In this document: positions 9,888 to 18,904 of the stretch, one piece after another | Numbering within the stretch: the first letter of the stretch is position 1 | Layout: the number at the start of each line of letters is the position of its first letter | Translations under genes and position numbers: made by a program | The notes under the pieces: generated by a model | The model's input: the letters and a program-made list of their open reading frames with translations, nothing else | What the model was told of the DNA's origin: nothing | Databases searched by the model: none | Origin: an uncultured Actinomycetes bacterium | Lineage (GTDB): Bacteria > Actinomycetota > UBA4738 > HRBIN12 | NCBI GenBank assembly: GCA_963704885.1 | Contig: CAVPIB010000004.1 | Location: 672,001 to 736,000, forward strand | Length of the DNA: 64,000 nucleotides | Reading direction: 5' to 3'

Positions 9888-10868
9888 TCAGGTCTGGAGC
9901 GCGTCGAGCGCGTCCTGGAGTTTGGCCACCGAGATGAGCTGCATGTCGCCGGTGTCCACTCCCGCAACCTCCACCATGTTGTCGGCCGGCACCAAGAAGA
10001 TCTGGGCGCCGGCGCGCTCGGCGCCTTCGACCTTGTCGAGGATCCCGCCGATCGGCCCGACGCGACCGCGTGTGTCGATCGTCCCCGTGCCGGCGACCGT
10101 CCGGCCGGCCGTCAGATCGCCGGGCGTGAGCAGGTCATACAGCCCGAGCGCCCACATCAGCCCCGCCGACGGGCCCCCGACATCGCCGCTCGAGATGTCC
10201 ACGTCGAACGGGAACTGGTCGATCAGGTTCACACCCACGAGCGGGCGTTCGCTCCCTGCGCACCTGGCTCGCGTAACGGTGACCGCGTGCGTCTCGCCGC
10301 CCGCGGCCACCTCGAACGTGATGGGTTCGTGTAGGGGAGTGTCATCGAGCGCCTCGGCCGCGTCGTCTTGGGAGTGGATCGCCTCGCCGTCGATCTGGCT
10401 GACCACGTCGCCAGCGAAGAGCTCCCCCTCGGCCGGGCAACCCGGGAACACGAACTCGATCAAGGCGCCGTCCCCGTGCTCCTCGGGGTAGTCCGCCAGC
10501 CGTCTGAGGACCACCGACGTGGCATCGATCTTGCTCTGATCCATCTGCGAGAGCGCCCGCTCGACCTCCTGTTCCGCGGTCTCTCCGGGCGGATACAGCA
10601 CCTCGCGGGACACCACGGCCTGGTGCGGATCGAGCCAGGCCACCAGAGCGCCGATCGCGCTCACCTCGTGGAAGCTGACCGTGGTCATGATCAGCTTCCC
10701 CTCCGAAGGGAACTCCTGATGACCGCTCACGTGGATCAGCGGCTGGACGTCGCGGGCGGGACCCGGTCCGAGCGCGTAGTACGGCAAGCGCACCCACCCC
10801 AGGAGGAAGGCCAGGCCGAGCGCGAGGACCACCCCGAACCCGGTGAGGAGACGTCGGAACCGTGCCAT
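9888..10868 (-). CDS. YlbL-like PDZ/Lon (S16) protease domain protein
   Basis: LPYYALGPG, GGPSAGLMWAL, AGTGTID..GRVGPIGGILDK Ser-Lys dyad. Confidence 0.92.
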   Translation of the reverse strand: MARFRRLLTGFGVVLALGLAFLLGWVRLPYYALGPGPARDVQPLIHVSGHQEFPSEGKLIMTTVSFHEVSAIGALVAWLDPHQAVVSREVLYPPGETAEQEVERALSQMDQSKIDATSVVLRRLADYPEEHGDGALIEFVFPGCPAEGELFAGDVVSQIDGEAIHSQDDAAEALDDTPLHEPITFEVAAGGETHAVTVTRARCAGSERPLVGVNLIDQFPFDVDISSGDVGGPSAGLMWALGLYDLLTPGDLTAGRTVAGTGTIDTRGRVGPIGGILDKVEGAERAGAQIFLVPADNMVEVAGVDTGDMQLISVAKLQDALDALQT

Positions 10869-10941
10869 GGCAGCCGGGCCATCGTACGGGAGCCGGGATG
10901 AACGGCCGGGACGATGGGAGTACGCTCGCCCGGACGACCTC

Positions 10942-11256
10942 ATGGCCTATGTGATCGTGTTCGCCGCCGCGCTGGTTACGGGCGCCCTCGTGTTCTGGCT
11001 GACGCTCCGCGCCGGCCGGGTCAACGTCGCCGACGGCGGAGATGGGTTCCTTCCCGAGGCCTTGACCGGCCCCGCGGGTTCGCCTGGATCGGGGGCATAC
11101 GTGCCGCTCAGCGCGGACCGGCGATCTTGGCAGACGCGGACCGTCGGCGTATTGGGGCTGCTGATCGCGATCACCGTCGCGACAGCGCTCCTGGCGTTCA
11201 CGCTCTACCAGGCGGGTTCGGCTGTCGCGCACATGCTCAACGACTTCGCGTCGTAG
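10942..11256 (+). CDS. Small two-TM hypothetical protein
   Basis: MAYVIVFAAALVTGALVFWLT and VGVLGLLIAITVATALLAFTLY. Confidence 0.7.
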   Translation: MAYVIVFAAALVTGALVFWLTLRAGRVNVADGGDGFLPEALTGPAGSPGSGAYVPLSADRRSWQTRTVGVLGLLIAITVATALLAFTLYQAGSAVAHMLNDFAS

Positions 11257-11294
11257 TCAGCGGGAGGCAGGATCCGTCGCGGCGCTGGAGGAAG

Positions 11295-12314
11295 TCATAG
11301 GTTCACCTTCCGTCGCACGAGCTGGAAGGAGGTCTGGTAATCGGCCAGGTGCTCCAGCATCCTCCCCGCCCCGACCACCACGGTCTCGAGCGGACGCTCG
11401 GTGGCGTGGACGGCCACCTCGCACTCCTGCGCTAGCAGCATGTCGAGGCCTCGGAGCATGCTCCCGCCGCCCGTCAGGAACAACCCTGTCTCCAAGATGT
11501 CGTGCGTGAGCTCCGGTGGCGCCTCGGCCAGACATAGACGCGCCGTATCCACGATGCCTCGGACGGTGCCGGACATGGCCTGGCGCACCTCGTCCTCGGT
11601 CACCGTGACCTCGACCGTGTTGCCGCTGGCGAGCTCCCGGCCGATCATCACCGCCGCCTTGCCGGTCGAGCTGGGGTACGCCGAACCGATGGCGATCTTG
11701 ATCTCCTCGGCCGCCTTCTCACCGATCGCCACGCCATAGCGTTGGCGGATGTGCTCCTGGATCGCTACGTCCAGGTCGAACCCTCCGAGCTGGACCGAGC
11801 GGCCGCTCACCACACCACCCATCGAGACGACCGCCATCTCGGAGCGCCCGCCGCCAACGTCTACGATCAGGTTGCCGATCGGTTCGTGGACGGGAAGGCC
11901 GGCGCCGATCGCGGCAGCCAACGGTTCTTCCACGAGCGTCACGTTGCGTCCGCCACCCGCGAACTTGATCGCCTCCTCGATCGCGCGCTTCTCCACCTCC
12001 GAGGCCACGGACGGAACCGCGACCAGAACGCGGGGCTTCGGGAAGCGCGATGCCACCGAGCGCTTGACCACGACCTCCAACATCCGCTGCGTGATGTCGA
12101 ACTCGGTCATGACGCCTGTCCGCAGCGGCCGCACCGCCACCACGCTGCCAGAGTCACCGCCGATCAGGTGCCAGACCTCGTCACCCATGGCCAGGACCTC
12201 ACCGCTGCCGCCGTGCACCGCTACGACGGTCGGCTGGTCGAACACCACACCATCACCCTGTCGGTAGACGAGCGTATTGGCCGTCCCCAGGTCGATCGCT
12301 AGGTCTCTGCCCAT
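11295..12314 (-). CDS. mreB: MreB/Mbl actin-like rod shape protein
   Basis: DLAIDLGTANTL, EEPLAAAIGAGLP, IVDVGGG, LTGGGSMLRGLD. Confidence 0.93.
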   Translation of the reverse strand: MGRDLAIDLGTANTLVYRQGDGVVFDQPTVVAVHGGSGEVLAMGDEVWHLIGGDSGSVVAVRPLRTGVMTEFDITQRMLEVVVKRSVASRFPKPRVLVAVPSVASEVEKRAIEEAIKFAGGGRNVTLVEEPLAAAIGAGLPVHEPIGNLIVDVGGGRSEMAVVSMGGVVSGRSVQLGGFDLDVAIQEHIRQRYGVAIGEKAAEEIKIAIGSAYPSSTGKAAVMIGRELASGNTVEVTVTEDEVRQAMSGTVRGIVDTARLCLAEAPPELTHDILETGLFLTGGGSMLRGLDMLLAQECEVAVHATERPLETVVVGAGRMLEHLADYQTSFQLVRRKVNL

Positions 12315-12739
12315 CAGCTGCCCATGACCCAGTGCGCCTCACCCGTGGCGAGCTCTTCCTTCTTCCAGATGGGGACGTCTTCCTTCAGACGTTCGATGGC
12401 GTGGCGGCAAGCCTCGAACGCGTCGGCGCGATGTGGGGCCGAGCAGGCGATGACCACGCTCGCCTCGCCTACCTCGAGGTCCCCGGTGCGATGGAGGATG
12501 GCCACCTTCTTCACGGGCCACTTCTCGGCCAACTCAGCGGCCAGCTCCTGCAGGCGCTTGATGGCCAGCTCTTCCCACGCTTCATACCGCAGGCCGGTGA
12601 CGTCCCCAGCGTCGGAGTGGTCTCGAACCGTGCCCACGAACACGCAGGTTCCTCCCGCCCCTGGATCGCCGACCGCGGCCAGCGCCTCATCCACGGAGAG
12701 CGGATCAGCGGTGACGCGGATGAGTGAAGGGTCAGACAC
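12314..12739 (-). CDS. moaE: Molybdopterin synthase catalytic subunit
   Basis: FVGTVRDH, LRYEA, HRTGDL.VGEASV, SAPHRADAFEAC, PIWKKE; GTG start after TAGGAT-N7. Confidence 0.93.
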   Translation of the reverse strand: MSDPSLIRVTADPLSVDEALAAVGDPGAGGTCVFVGTVRDHSDAGDVTGLRYEAWEELAIKRLQELAAELAEKWPVKKVAILHRTGDLEVGEASVVIACSAPHRADAFEACRHAIERLKEDVPIWKKEELATGEAHWVMGS

Positions 12740-12779
12740 GCAGGTCATCCTATCGAGGGGCCGGTCGTACGATTGGTGC

Positions 12780-13955
12780 ATGGACTTCCCGTTCGGTGGC
12801 GATCCCGAGGCCTTCGCAGACGCGCCGCTCTTCCGCGAGCTGCAGCGCGTCATGGCGTCGTCATCGGGGCCTGTGAACTGGGAGCTTGCGCGCCAGATCG
12901 GGATCGCGAGCGCGCAGGAGGGCCGCGAGGACCCCGTACCGACGGAGGCCGACCGCACCACGTTCCAAGAGGCAGTCCGCGTGGCCGAGCTCCACGTCGG
13001 CCGGTTCACGGGCCTCGATGCACCGACCGACGTCGCCGAGGTCCGGCCCGTCCGCCGCGCCGAGTGGGTGAACGCGAACACCGAGAGCCTGAAGTCCCTG
13101 CTGGACCCGGCGGCACAGAAGATCGCGGCCGCCATGGGCGAGGCCTCGCGCGAGGCGATGGGCTCCGCCCAGCTCCCGCCCGAGATGCAGGGAATGAGCG
13201 GCATGTTCGAGCAGCTGTCTCCGCTGTTGTTGGGTGCGCAGGTCGGAACCGTGCTCGGGTTCCTGGGTCAGCATGTGCTGGGGCAGTACGACATCGCGGT
13301 CCCGCGATCCGGGCCGGGCACGTTGCTCTTCGTGGTGCCCAACATCGCGCAGTTCGAGAAGGACTGGTCGCTAGACGCCACCGATTTCCGGACGTACGTG
13401 GCGATCCACGAGGTCACGCATCGGTTCGAGTTCGCGCGCACTTGGGCGCGCGAACGTTTCAACCAAGTGCTGGCGGACTTCCTATCGACACTGAAGATCG
13501 ACGCGAGCGCCATGCAGGAGCGGTTGGCCTCGCTCGACGGCGCCGACCCCGAGGCCTTGCGCGGCGTCATGGAGTCCGACGAGGGACTCTTCGGCACCGT
13601 GCTCGACGACGAGCAGCGGATCAAGCTCGGCCGGATCCAGTCGTTCATGGCGGCGGCCGAGGGCTACGGCGACCATGTGATGCACGCCCTGGGACGCGAG
13701 CTACTCCCCTCCTACGTGCGGATCGACGAGGCTATGCGCCGCTACCGCGAGGGTGAGGCGGGCGATCCGGTGTTCGAGCGACTGCTGGGCATCGAGATGA
13801 AGCGCGAGCAGTACGAGCAGGGCCGGGCGTTCTGCGACACCGTGGTCGAACAGACCGACGAGGCCACACTCACGCTGATGTGGGACTCGGCCGAGGCCAT
13901 GCCGTCGCTCCCGGAGATCGAAGAGCCGCGGCTGTGGCTCGCCCGCACCGCCTGA
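12780..13955 (+). CDS. Zinc-dependent metalloprotease (zincin, DUF2342-like)
   Basis: GPVNWELARQ, LGQYD, PNI, HEVTH, EGYGDHVM; TACGAT-N6-ATG. Confidence 0.9.
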   Translation: MDFPFGGDPEAFADAPLFRELQRVMASSSGPVNWELARQIGIASAQEGREDPVPTEADRTTFQEAVRVAELHVGRFTGLDAPTDVAEVRPVRRAEWVNANTESLKSLLDPAAQKIAAAMGEASREAMGSAQLPPEMQGMSGMFEQLSPLLLGAQVGTVLGFLGQHVLGQYDIAVPRSGPGTLLFVVPNIAQFEKDWSLDATDFRTYVAIHEVTHRFEFARTWARERFNQVLADFLSTLKIDASAMQERLASLDGADPEALRGVMESDEGLFGTVLDDEQRIKLGRIQSFMAAAEGYGDHVMHALGRELLPSYVRIDEAMRRYREGEAGDPVFERLLGIEMKREQYEQGRAFCDTVVEQTDEATLTLMWDSAEAMPSLPEIEEPRLWLARTA

Positions 13956-14019
13956 GCCGCCCGGGCTCGCCAGGAGGCGCGCGAGCCGGCCCCGCCGGGT
14001 CGGTTATCCTTTGCGCCCG

Positions 14020-14802
14020 ATGAGCAGCGTGGGGGAACTGGTCGCCGCCGCCGTGGTGGACAAGCGCGTCTGGGACGCCTACGGCAACCGATCGAACGAC
14101 GGCGTCTACCTGGTCGGCCGGCCGGGGCCCGCGTTCCCCTTCGTGGTCTTCAGGGCGTGGAAGGTACCGACCGGCTACGTGAACGAGGAGTTCCGCCTGA
14201 TCGGACCCTCGGGGCGCACGATCTACCGGTGGGGTCCCGAGGCGCGGCGCATGGTCGGCTCCATGGATCTGACGACCGAGCTGGACACCGTCTCGGATGC
14301 CGTGTTCGACGAGACTGGGACGTTCGTGGCGTCGTTCATCCTGAACGGCGAGATCGTGGGCGAGATCGACATCCCCGTGTTCGTACAGGTCGCACCGATC
14401 AAGCTCTCGAAAGAGACCGAGGACGGGCTGAAGAAGTCCGACATCATCTGGGTCGGGACTCAGGGCCCGAGCGGTCGCCGTGAGACCGCGCCCGCTTGGT
14501 TCGCGTACAAGGAAGGCAAGATCTACGTGCTATCGCAGAAGGAATCGGGAGCCCAGGAGCAGACCATCCCCGGCGTCCCCGATGCGCACCAGCTGATCGT
14601 TGTGACCCGACGGAAGGGCCGCGACACGTCGCTCGAGGAGTTCTACGCCGCGCAGCGCCCGCTCGAGGGTCCCGAATGGGAAGCGGCCGCGCAACTGCTG
14701 GTCGACAAGCGCAAGAGCCGCGTTGGGCCGCCCGCCGATTCGGTGAACCGCTGGCGCGGCACCTGCCACATCGTCGAGCTCACACCCGACGTCCCGGCCT
14801 AG
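14020..14802 (+). CDS. Hypothetical two-domain protein with C-terminal PNPOx/split-barrel-like domain
   Basis: KKSDIIWVGT..TAPAWFAYKEGKIYV..RWRGTCHIVELTP resembles the actinobacterial split-barrel family; beta-rich N-terminal domain. Confidence 0.65.
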   Translation: MSSVGELVAAAVVDKRVWDAYGNRSNDGVYLVGRPGPAFPFVVFRAWKVPTGYVNEEFRLIGPSGRTIYRWGPEARRMVGSMDLTTELDTVSDAVFDETGTFVASFILNGEIVGEIDIPVFVQVAPIKLSKETEDGLKKSDIIWVGTQGPSGRRETAPAWFAYKEGKIYVLSQKESGAQEQTIPGVPDAHQLIVVTRRKGRDTSLEEFYAAQRPLEGPEWEAAAQLLVDKRKSRVGPPADSVNRWRGTCHIVELTPDVPA

Positions 14803-14805
14803 CGT

Positions 14806-15825
14806 CTACCGGTTGACGGGCCGGCCGACCGCCGCCGCGACCGCTTCCAGCTGGCGTCCCAGCAGAACCATCTCGTCGGGCGTTAGCGCCTGGGGTCCGT
14901 CGCAGAGCGCGACCTCGGGATCCGGATGCACGTCGATCATCACGGCGTCCGCACCCGCGGCGACCGCGGCGAGCGCCATGGGCGTCACGAGGTTCCGCTT
15001 TCCGACCGCGTGCGAGGGATCGACGATCACCGGCAGGTGTGTCTCGGATTGTGCGACTGCCATGCCGGCCAGGTCTAGGGTATTGCGCGTCGAGGGCTCG
15101 AACGTCCGGATGCCACGTTCGCACAGGATGATCTCGGAGTTCCCGCGCTGCGCGATGTACTCGGCCGCCTGAAGCCACTCCTCGATGGTCATGGCAAGGC
15201 CGCGTTTCAGCATCACAGGCTTGTTGGTCTGACCGACCTCCTTCAGCAACTCGAAGTTCTGAGCATTTCGCGTGCCGACCCGGATGCAGTCGGCGACCTC
15301 GGCCACGTGCTGCACCTGCGATACGTCCACGACCTCAACGATGATCGGCAGCCCGGTGTCGCGACGGCATTCGCCGAGGATCTCAAGGCCCCGCTCCCCA
15401 AGCCCCTGGAACGAGTACGGCGAGGTGCGTGGCTTGTAGATGTCGCCGCGCAGGATCGTGGCGCCCGCATCCTTGGCCGCCCTGGTCGCCGCGAACGCCT
15501 GCTCCTCGGATTCCACCGCGCACGGGCCGGCGATGATCGTGAACGAGTCGCGCCCGACCGGCGTGGTCCCGACCTTCACGGTCGTGGTCTCGGGGTGAAG
15601 GTCGCGCGCGACCATCTTGTAGGACTTGCCGACCTGGATCACGTGGTCCACGCCGGGCATCTGCTTGAAGGGGATGGTCTGGAACCGGCCGGTGTCGCCC
15701 ACCAGGCCGATGATCGTGTGCACGCTCCCGCGCGAGACGAACGCCTCGCCCCCGTTCGCGCGCACCCTCTCGGCGACGGCCTCGATGTCCGCCTCCGTCG
15801 CGTCCTGCCTCATCACGACGACCAT
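14806..15825 (-). CDS. aroF: Type I-beta DAHP synthase with N-terminal regulatory domain
   Basis: IIAGPCAVES, KPRTSPYSFQGLG, GTRNAQNFELL, LKRG, ERGIRTF, VDPSH; SD GGAGG. Confidence 0.95.
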   Translation of the reverse strand: MVVVMRQDATEADIEAVAERVRANGGEAFVSRGSVHTIIGLVGDTGRFQTIPFKQMPGVDHVIQVGKSYKMVARDLHPETTTVKVGTTPVGRDSFTIIAGPCAVESEEQAFAATRAAKDAGATILRGDIYKPRTSPYSFQGLGERGLEILGECRRDTGLPIIVEVVDVSQVQHVAEVADCIRVGTRNAQNFELLKEVGQTNKPVMLKRGLAMTIEEWLQAAEYIAQRGNSEIILCERGIRTFEPSTRNTLDLAGMAVAQSETHLPVIVDPSHAVGKRNLVTPMALAAVAAGADAVMIDVHPDPEVALCDGPQALTPDEMVLLGRQLEAVAAAVGRPVNR

Positions 15826-15863
15826 CTGTTCCTCCGTTCCCCGGTCCACGGGCCGCCCGGGGA

Positions 15864-15891
15864 TGAAGAAACCCCGGGTCCGGCCCGGGGT
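15864..15891 (-). terminator. Attenuator terminator hairpin upstream of aroF
   Basis: mRNA ACCCCGGG-CCGGA-CCCGGGGU followed by UUCUUCA. Confidence 0.8.
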
Positions 15892-15918
15892 CGCTGTCGG
15901 TTGTGTCTCGGCAGGCGA

Positions 15919-15972
15919 CTACGCCGGGCCAGGCCCGAAGTGGGTAAACCAGCCATAGACGTAGTCACGCAT
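15919..15972 (-). CDS. Aromatic amino acid leader peptide MRDYVYGWFTHFGPGPA
   Basis: 5 aromatic codons in 9 consecutive positions; antiterminator and terminator downstream; TTGCCA-N18-CACCAT promoter upstream. Confidence 0.8.
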   Translation of the reverse strand: MRDYVYGWFTHFGPGPA

Positions 15973-16072
15973 GTCGGCCGCCATGGTGTCAGACCCGCCC
16001 CGACCGTGGCAAGCGGCAGCCCCCTTCGGGCCAGACGTCCTATGCGGGGGCCGCTCGGCGTAGGATGCGCAC

Positions 16073-16696
16073 ATGCTTACCGTCCTCGACCACCCGCTTG
16101 CCGCCGATCTCCTGACCAGGCTCCGCGACAAGCGGACCGGCCCGGCCGAGTTCCGTTCGCTCACGCGACGACTCGGCGCCGTACTGGTCGTGGAGGCCAC
16201 ACGCCAGATCCCGACCGTCCCTTCAGAGGTCCAGACACCGCTCGAGCCATTCACGGGGTCGATGCTCGGCGTCGACCTGGTCGCCATCCCCGTCCTGCGC
16301 GCCGGTCTGGGACTGCTCGACGCGGTAACCGACCTGTACCCGGACACGGTGGTCGGCTACCTGGGCATGGAGCGAGACGAGGAAACACACGAGCCACGTG
16401 ACTACTACGCGAAGCTGCCCTCCATGCAGGGGCGCCACGCGCTGCTCCTCGACCCCATGCTCGCGACCGGAGGCTCAGGCTCGGCGGCCTGCGAGTTCGT
16501 GAAGAAGGCCTCGCCGCGCAACATCACGTTCGTGTGCGTGGTGGCCGCGCCGGAGGGCATCAAACGCATGGAGGCCGATCACCCCGACGTGCCGATCGTG
16601 GCAGGCGCCCTGGACCGCCAGCTGAACGAGAACGCCTACATCCTTCCCGGCCTGGGGGATTTCGGAGATCGTCTGTACGGGACCGAGCCTCACTAG
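16073..16696 (+). CDS. upp: Uracil phosphoribosyltransferase
   Basis: HPL, PVLRAGLG, LLDPMLATGGS, YILPGLGDFGDRLYGT; TAGGAT-N6-ATG. Confidence 0.97.
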   Translation: MLTVLDHPLAADLLTRLRDKRTGPAEFRSLTRRLGAVLVVEATRQIPTVPSEVQTPLEPFTGSMLGVDLVAIPVLRAGLGLLDAVTDLYPDTVVGYLGMERDEETHEPRDYYAKLPSMQGRHALLLDPMLATGGSGSAACEFVKKASPRNITFVCVVAAPEGIKRMEADHPDVPIVAGALDRQLNENAYILPGLGDFGDRLYGTEPH

Positions 16697-16728
16697 TCTG
16701 GCTCAGACTAGTAGCGAACTGCTCCGAT

Positions 16729-17703
16729 TCAGCTCCCGCCGCCGCCTTCGTAAGCGCGTCCAGCGGCAGCCGGAGGCCGCACCTTCCCTACGAACCCCGC
16801 GATCGCCACGATCGTGACCACGTACGGGATCATGCGGATGAACTGCGGCGGAAGCAGGTTGAGCCCCGGAGCGTCGTTCAGACGCAGCGGGATGGCCTGG
16901 GCGAACCCGAACAGCCACGCGAAGAACATCAGCCGGACGGGGTTCCAGTTGGACAGGATCAGGGCGGCGAGCGAGATGAAGCCCAAGCCGAGCGTCTGCC
17001 CTTCGCGCCAGTTGCCGATCACCTCTGAGGCCAGGAACGCTCCGGACATGCCGGCGAAAGCTCCAGACAGCAATACGCCCTGGTAGCGGTACGCGGGGAC
17101 GCGGACGCCCAGCGAGCGCGTCGCCTCGGGGTTCTCGCCGCAGGATCGCAGACGCAACCCCCAGCGCATCCGGTAGAGCGAGTACGACACAGGTATCACC
17201 ATCAGGGCGGCGAAGATCACCATGGGAGATAAGCCGGAGAACGCACGCCCCAGCCCCGAGGGAAGGGATGAGAGCAATGGGATGTCCATCGTGGCGAGGT
17301 GCGGACCGCCGGGGTCGGATTGCGTCGCCTGACCGTTGAAGAACGCCTGAGACAGGAACCGCGCCAACCCGATGGCCACCAGGTTGATGACGACACCGGA
17401 CACGATGTGATCCACCCTGAATGAGATGGTCGCAACGGCATGGATGCCTGCGAAGAGCAACCCGCAGACCGCCCCGGCCAGCAGGCCAAGTATCGGCCCC
17501 CACGGCTGGCCTAGTTCGAGCGTGTCGGTGAAGAACCGCGCGCCCCAGGCGCCCGTGACGGTGCCGATGATCATCAGCCCCTCCAGGCCGATGTTCACGA
17601 TCCCGGAACGCTCGCTGTACAGGCCGCCCAGGCCGGTCAGGTAGATGATCGTGAAGTAGGTGAAAGAGATCTGCATCGCCACGGCGATATCGGTGAACGG
17701 CAT
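16729..17703 (-). CDS. Nucleoside-type ABC transporter permease
   Basis: SERSGIVNIGLEG, GLRLRSCGENP, GFISLAALI, IPYVVT. Confidence 0.92.
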   Translation of the reverse strand: MPFTDIAVAMQISFTYFTIIYLTGLGGLYSERSGIVNIGLEGLMIIGTVTGAWGARFFTDTLELGQPWGPILGLLAGAVCGLLFAGIHAVATISFRVDHIVSGVVINLVAIGLARFLSQAFFNGQATQSDPGGPHLATMDIPLLSSLPSGLGRAFSGLSPMVIFAALMVIPVSYSLYRMRWGLRLRSCGENPEATRSLGVRVPAYRYQGVLLSGAFAGMSGAFLASEVIGNWREGQTLGLGFISLAALILSNWNPVRLMFFAWLFGFAQAIPLRLNDAPGLNLLPPQFIRMIPYVVTIVAIAGFVGKVRPPAAAGRAYEGGGGS

Positions 17704-17704
17704 G

Positions 17705-18904
17705 TCAGCGATCCTCCTTAGGCATGCCCTCGATATCCGCTTCTGCGGCCGAGTCCTCGAGTTCGCCCAGAGCTCCGGCCCGCTGGAGCTGCCGCGCGGC
17801 CAGCCGGCGTTTGGCGATCTGGTAGGTGATCACGACGGACAGGATCAAGATCCCCTGCAGGATGATCACGAACTCGCGCGGCACCTCGGTCTCGATCTGC
17901 AGGGTCACCTCGCCTCTCGCCAAGATCCCCCACAAGATCGCGGCGAAGATGATGCCGATAGCGTTGTTCTGGCCCAAGAACGCGACCGCGATCCCCGTGA
18001 AGCCGAGTTGAGCGACGTAGTTCTGGCCCAGGTAGCCGGAGACGGCCAGGATCTGCTGCATCCCGACCAACCCGGCGAGCGCTCCCGAGATGAGGAACAG
18101 GCGTAGCTGGGTCGAGCCGACCGAGATCCCGCCCGCGCGGGCCGAACCTTGGGACGAGCCCACGGCGCGCGCCGCATATCCCAACCGCGTCCGACGGATG
18201 AGGAACCAGATCACGATCGCCACTGCCACGGCCAGGATGAACAGCCAGGACAGATGTGCGCCCGGCCGGACCCCGAGGACACTGCCCATGTCTCCGACCA
18301 GAGCTGACCTCGGGAACTGGTCGGTACGTAGGTCCACGTTCTGCCCGGCGGGAGCGTTCGAGAACTTGAGCGGGAAGTTGATGGCCCACGCGAGGAAGCT
18401 GATGGCGATCCCGTTCATCATGATGGTCGTGACTACCTCGTGGGCGCCGGTCTTCACCTTGAGGACGCCCGGGACGGCGGCCCAGATCATGCCGCCGAGC
18501 ATGGCCGTGATCAGGATCACGACCAGGTGCACCGGGCCCGGAAGGAAGTCGAAGGTCAGCGCCGCCCATGCGGCGGCGACCATGGCCACCAGGTATTGAC
18601 CCTCCACGCCGATGTTGAACATGCCCCCCTTGAAGCAGATCGCCACGGCCAGCGCCGAGAAGATCAAAGGGGTGGCGATGGCCAGCACATAGCCGAACCC
18701 GTTGACGCTGCCGAGCGACGCGCGGAAGATCGCTTGGTAGACGACGGCGGGGCTTTCCCCATACCCGATGATCAGGATCGAGCCCAGAAGCAGGGCTATC
18801 GCCAAGGACACCACGAGCGCCAGGAGCTGTCCTCCGAGCCGTTCGAGCCACTCCGTGCGTACCCGGGGGAGCGCGATCGGCTCAGCGGTGCCGCTCATGG
18901 CCAT
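17705..18904 (-). CDS. Nucleoside-type ABC transporter permease
   Basis: ATPLIF, GMFNIGVEGQY, HEVVTTIMMN, GFTGIAVAFLG. Confidence 0.92.
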   Translation of the reverse strand: MAMSGTAEPIALPRVRTEWLERLGGQLLALVVSLAIALLLGSILIIGYGESPAVVYQAIFRASLGSVNGFGYVLAIATPLIFSALAVAICFKGGMFNIGVEGQYLVAMVAAAWAALTFDFLPGPVHLVVILITAMLGGMIWAAVPGVLKVKTGAHEVVTTIMMNGIAISFLAWAINFPLKFSNAPAGQNVDLRTDQFPRSALVGDMGSVLGVRPGAHLSWLFILAVAVAIVIWFLIRRTRLGYAARAVGSSQGSARAGGISVGSTQLRLFLISGALAGLVGMQQILAVSGYLGQNYVAQLGFTGIAVAFLGQNNAIGIIFAAILWGILARGEVTLQIETEVPREFVIILQGILILSVVITYQIAKRRLAARQLQRAGALGELEDSAAEADIEGMPKEDR

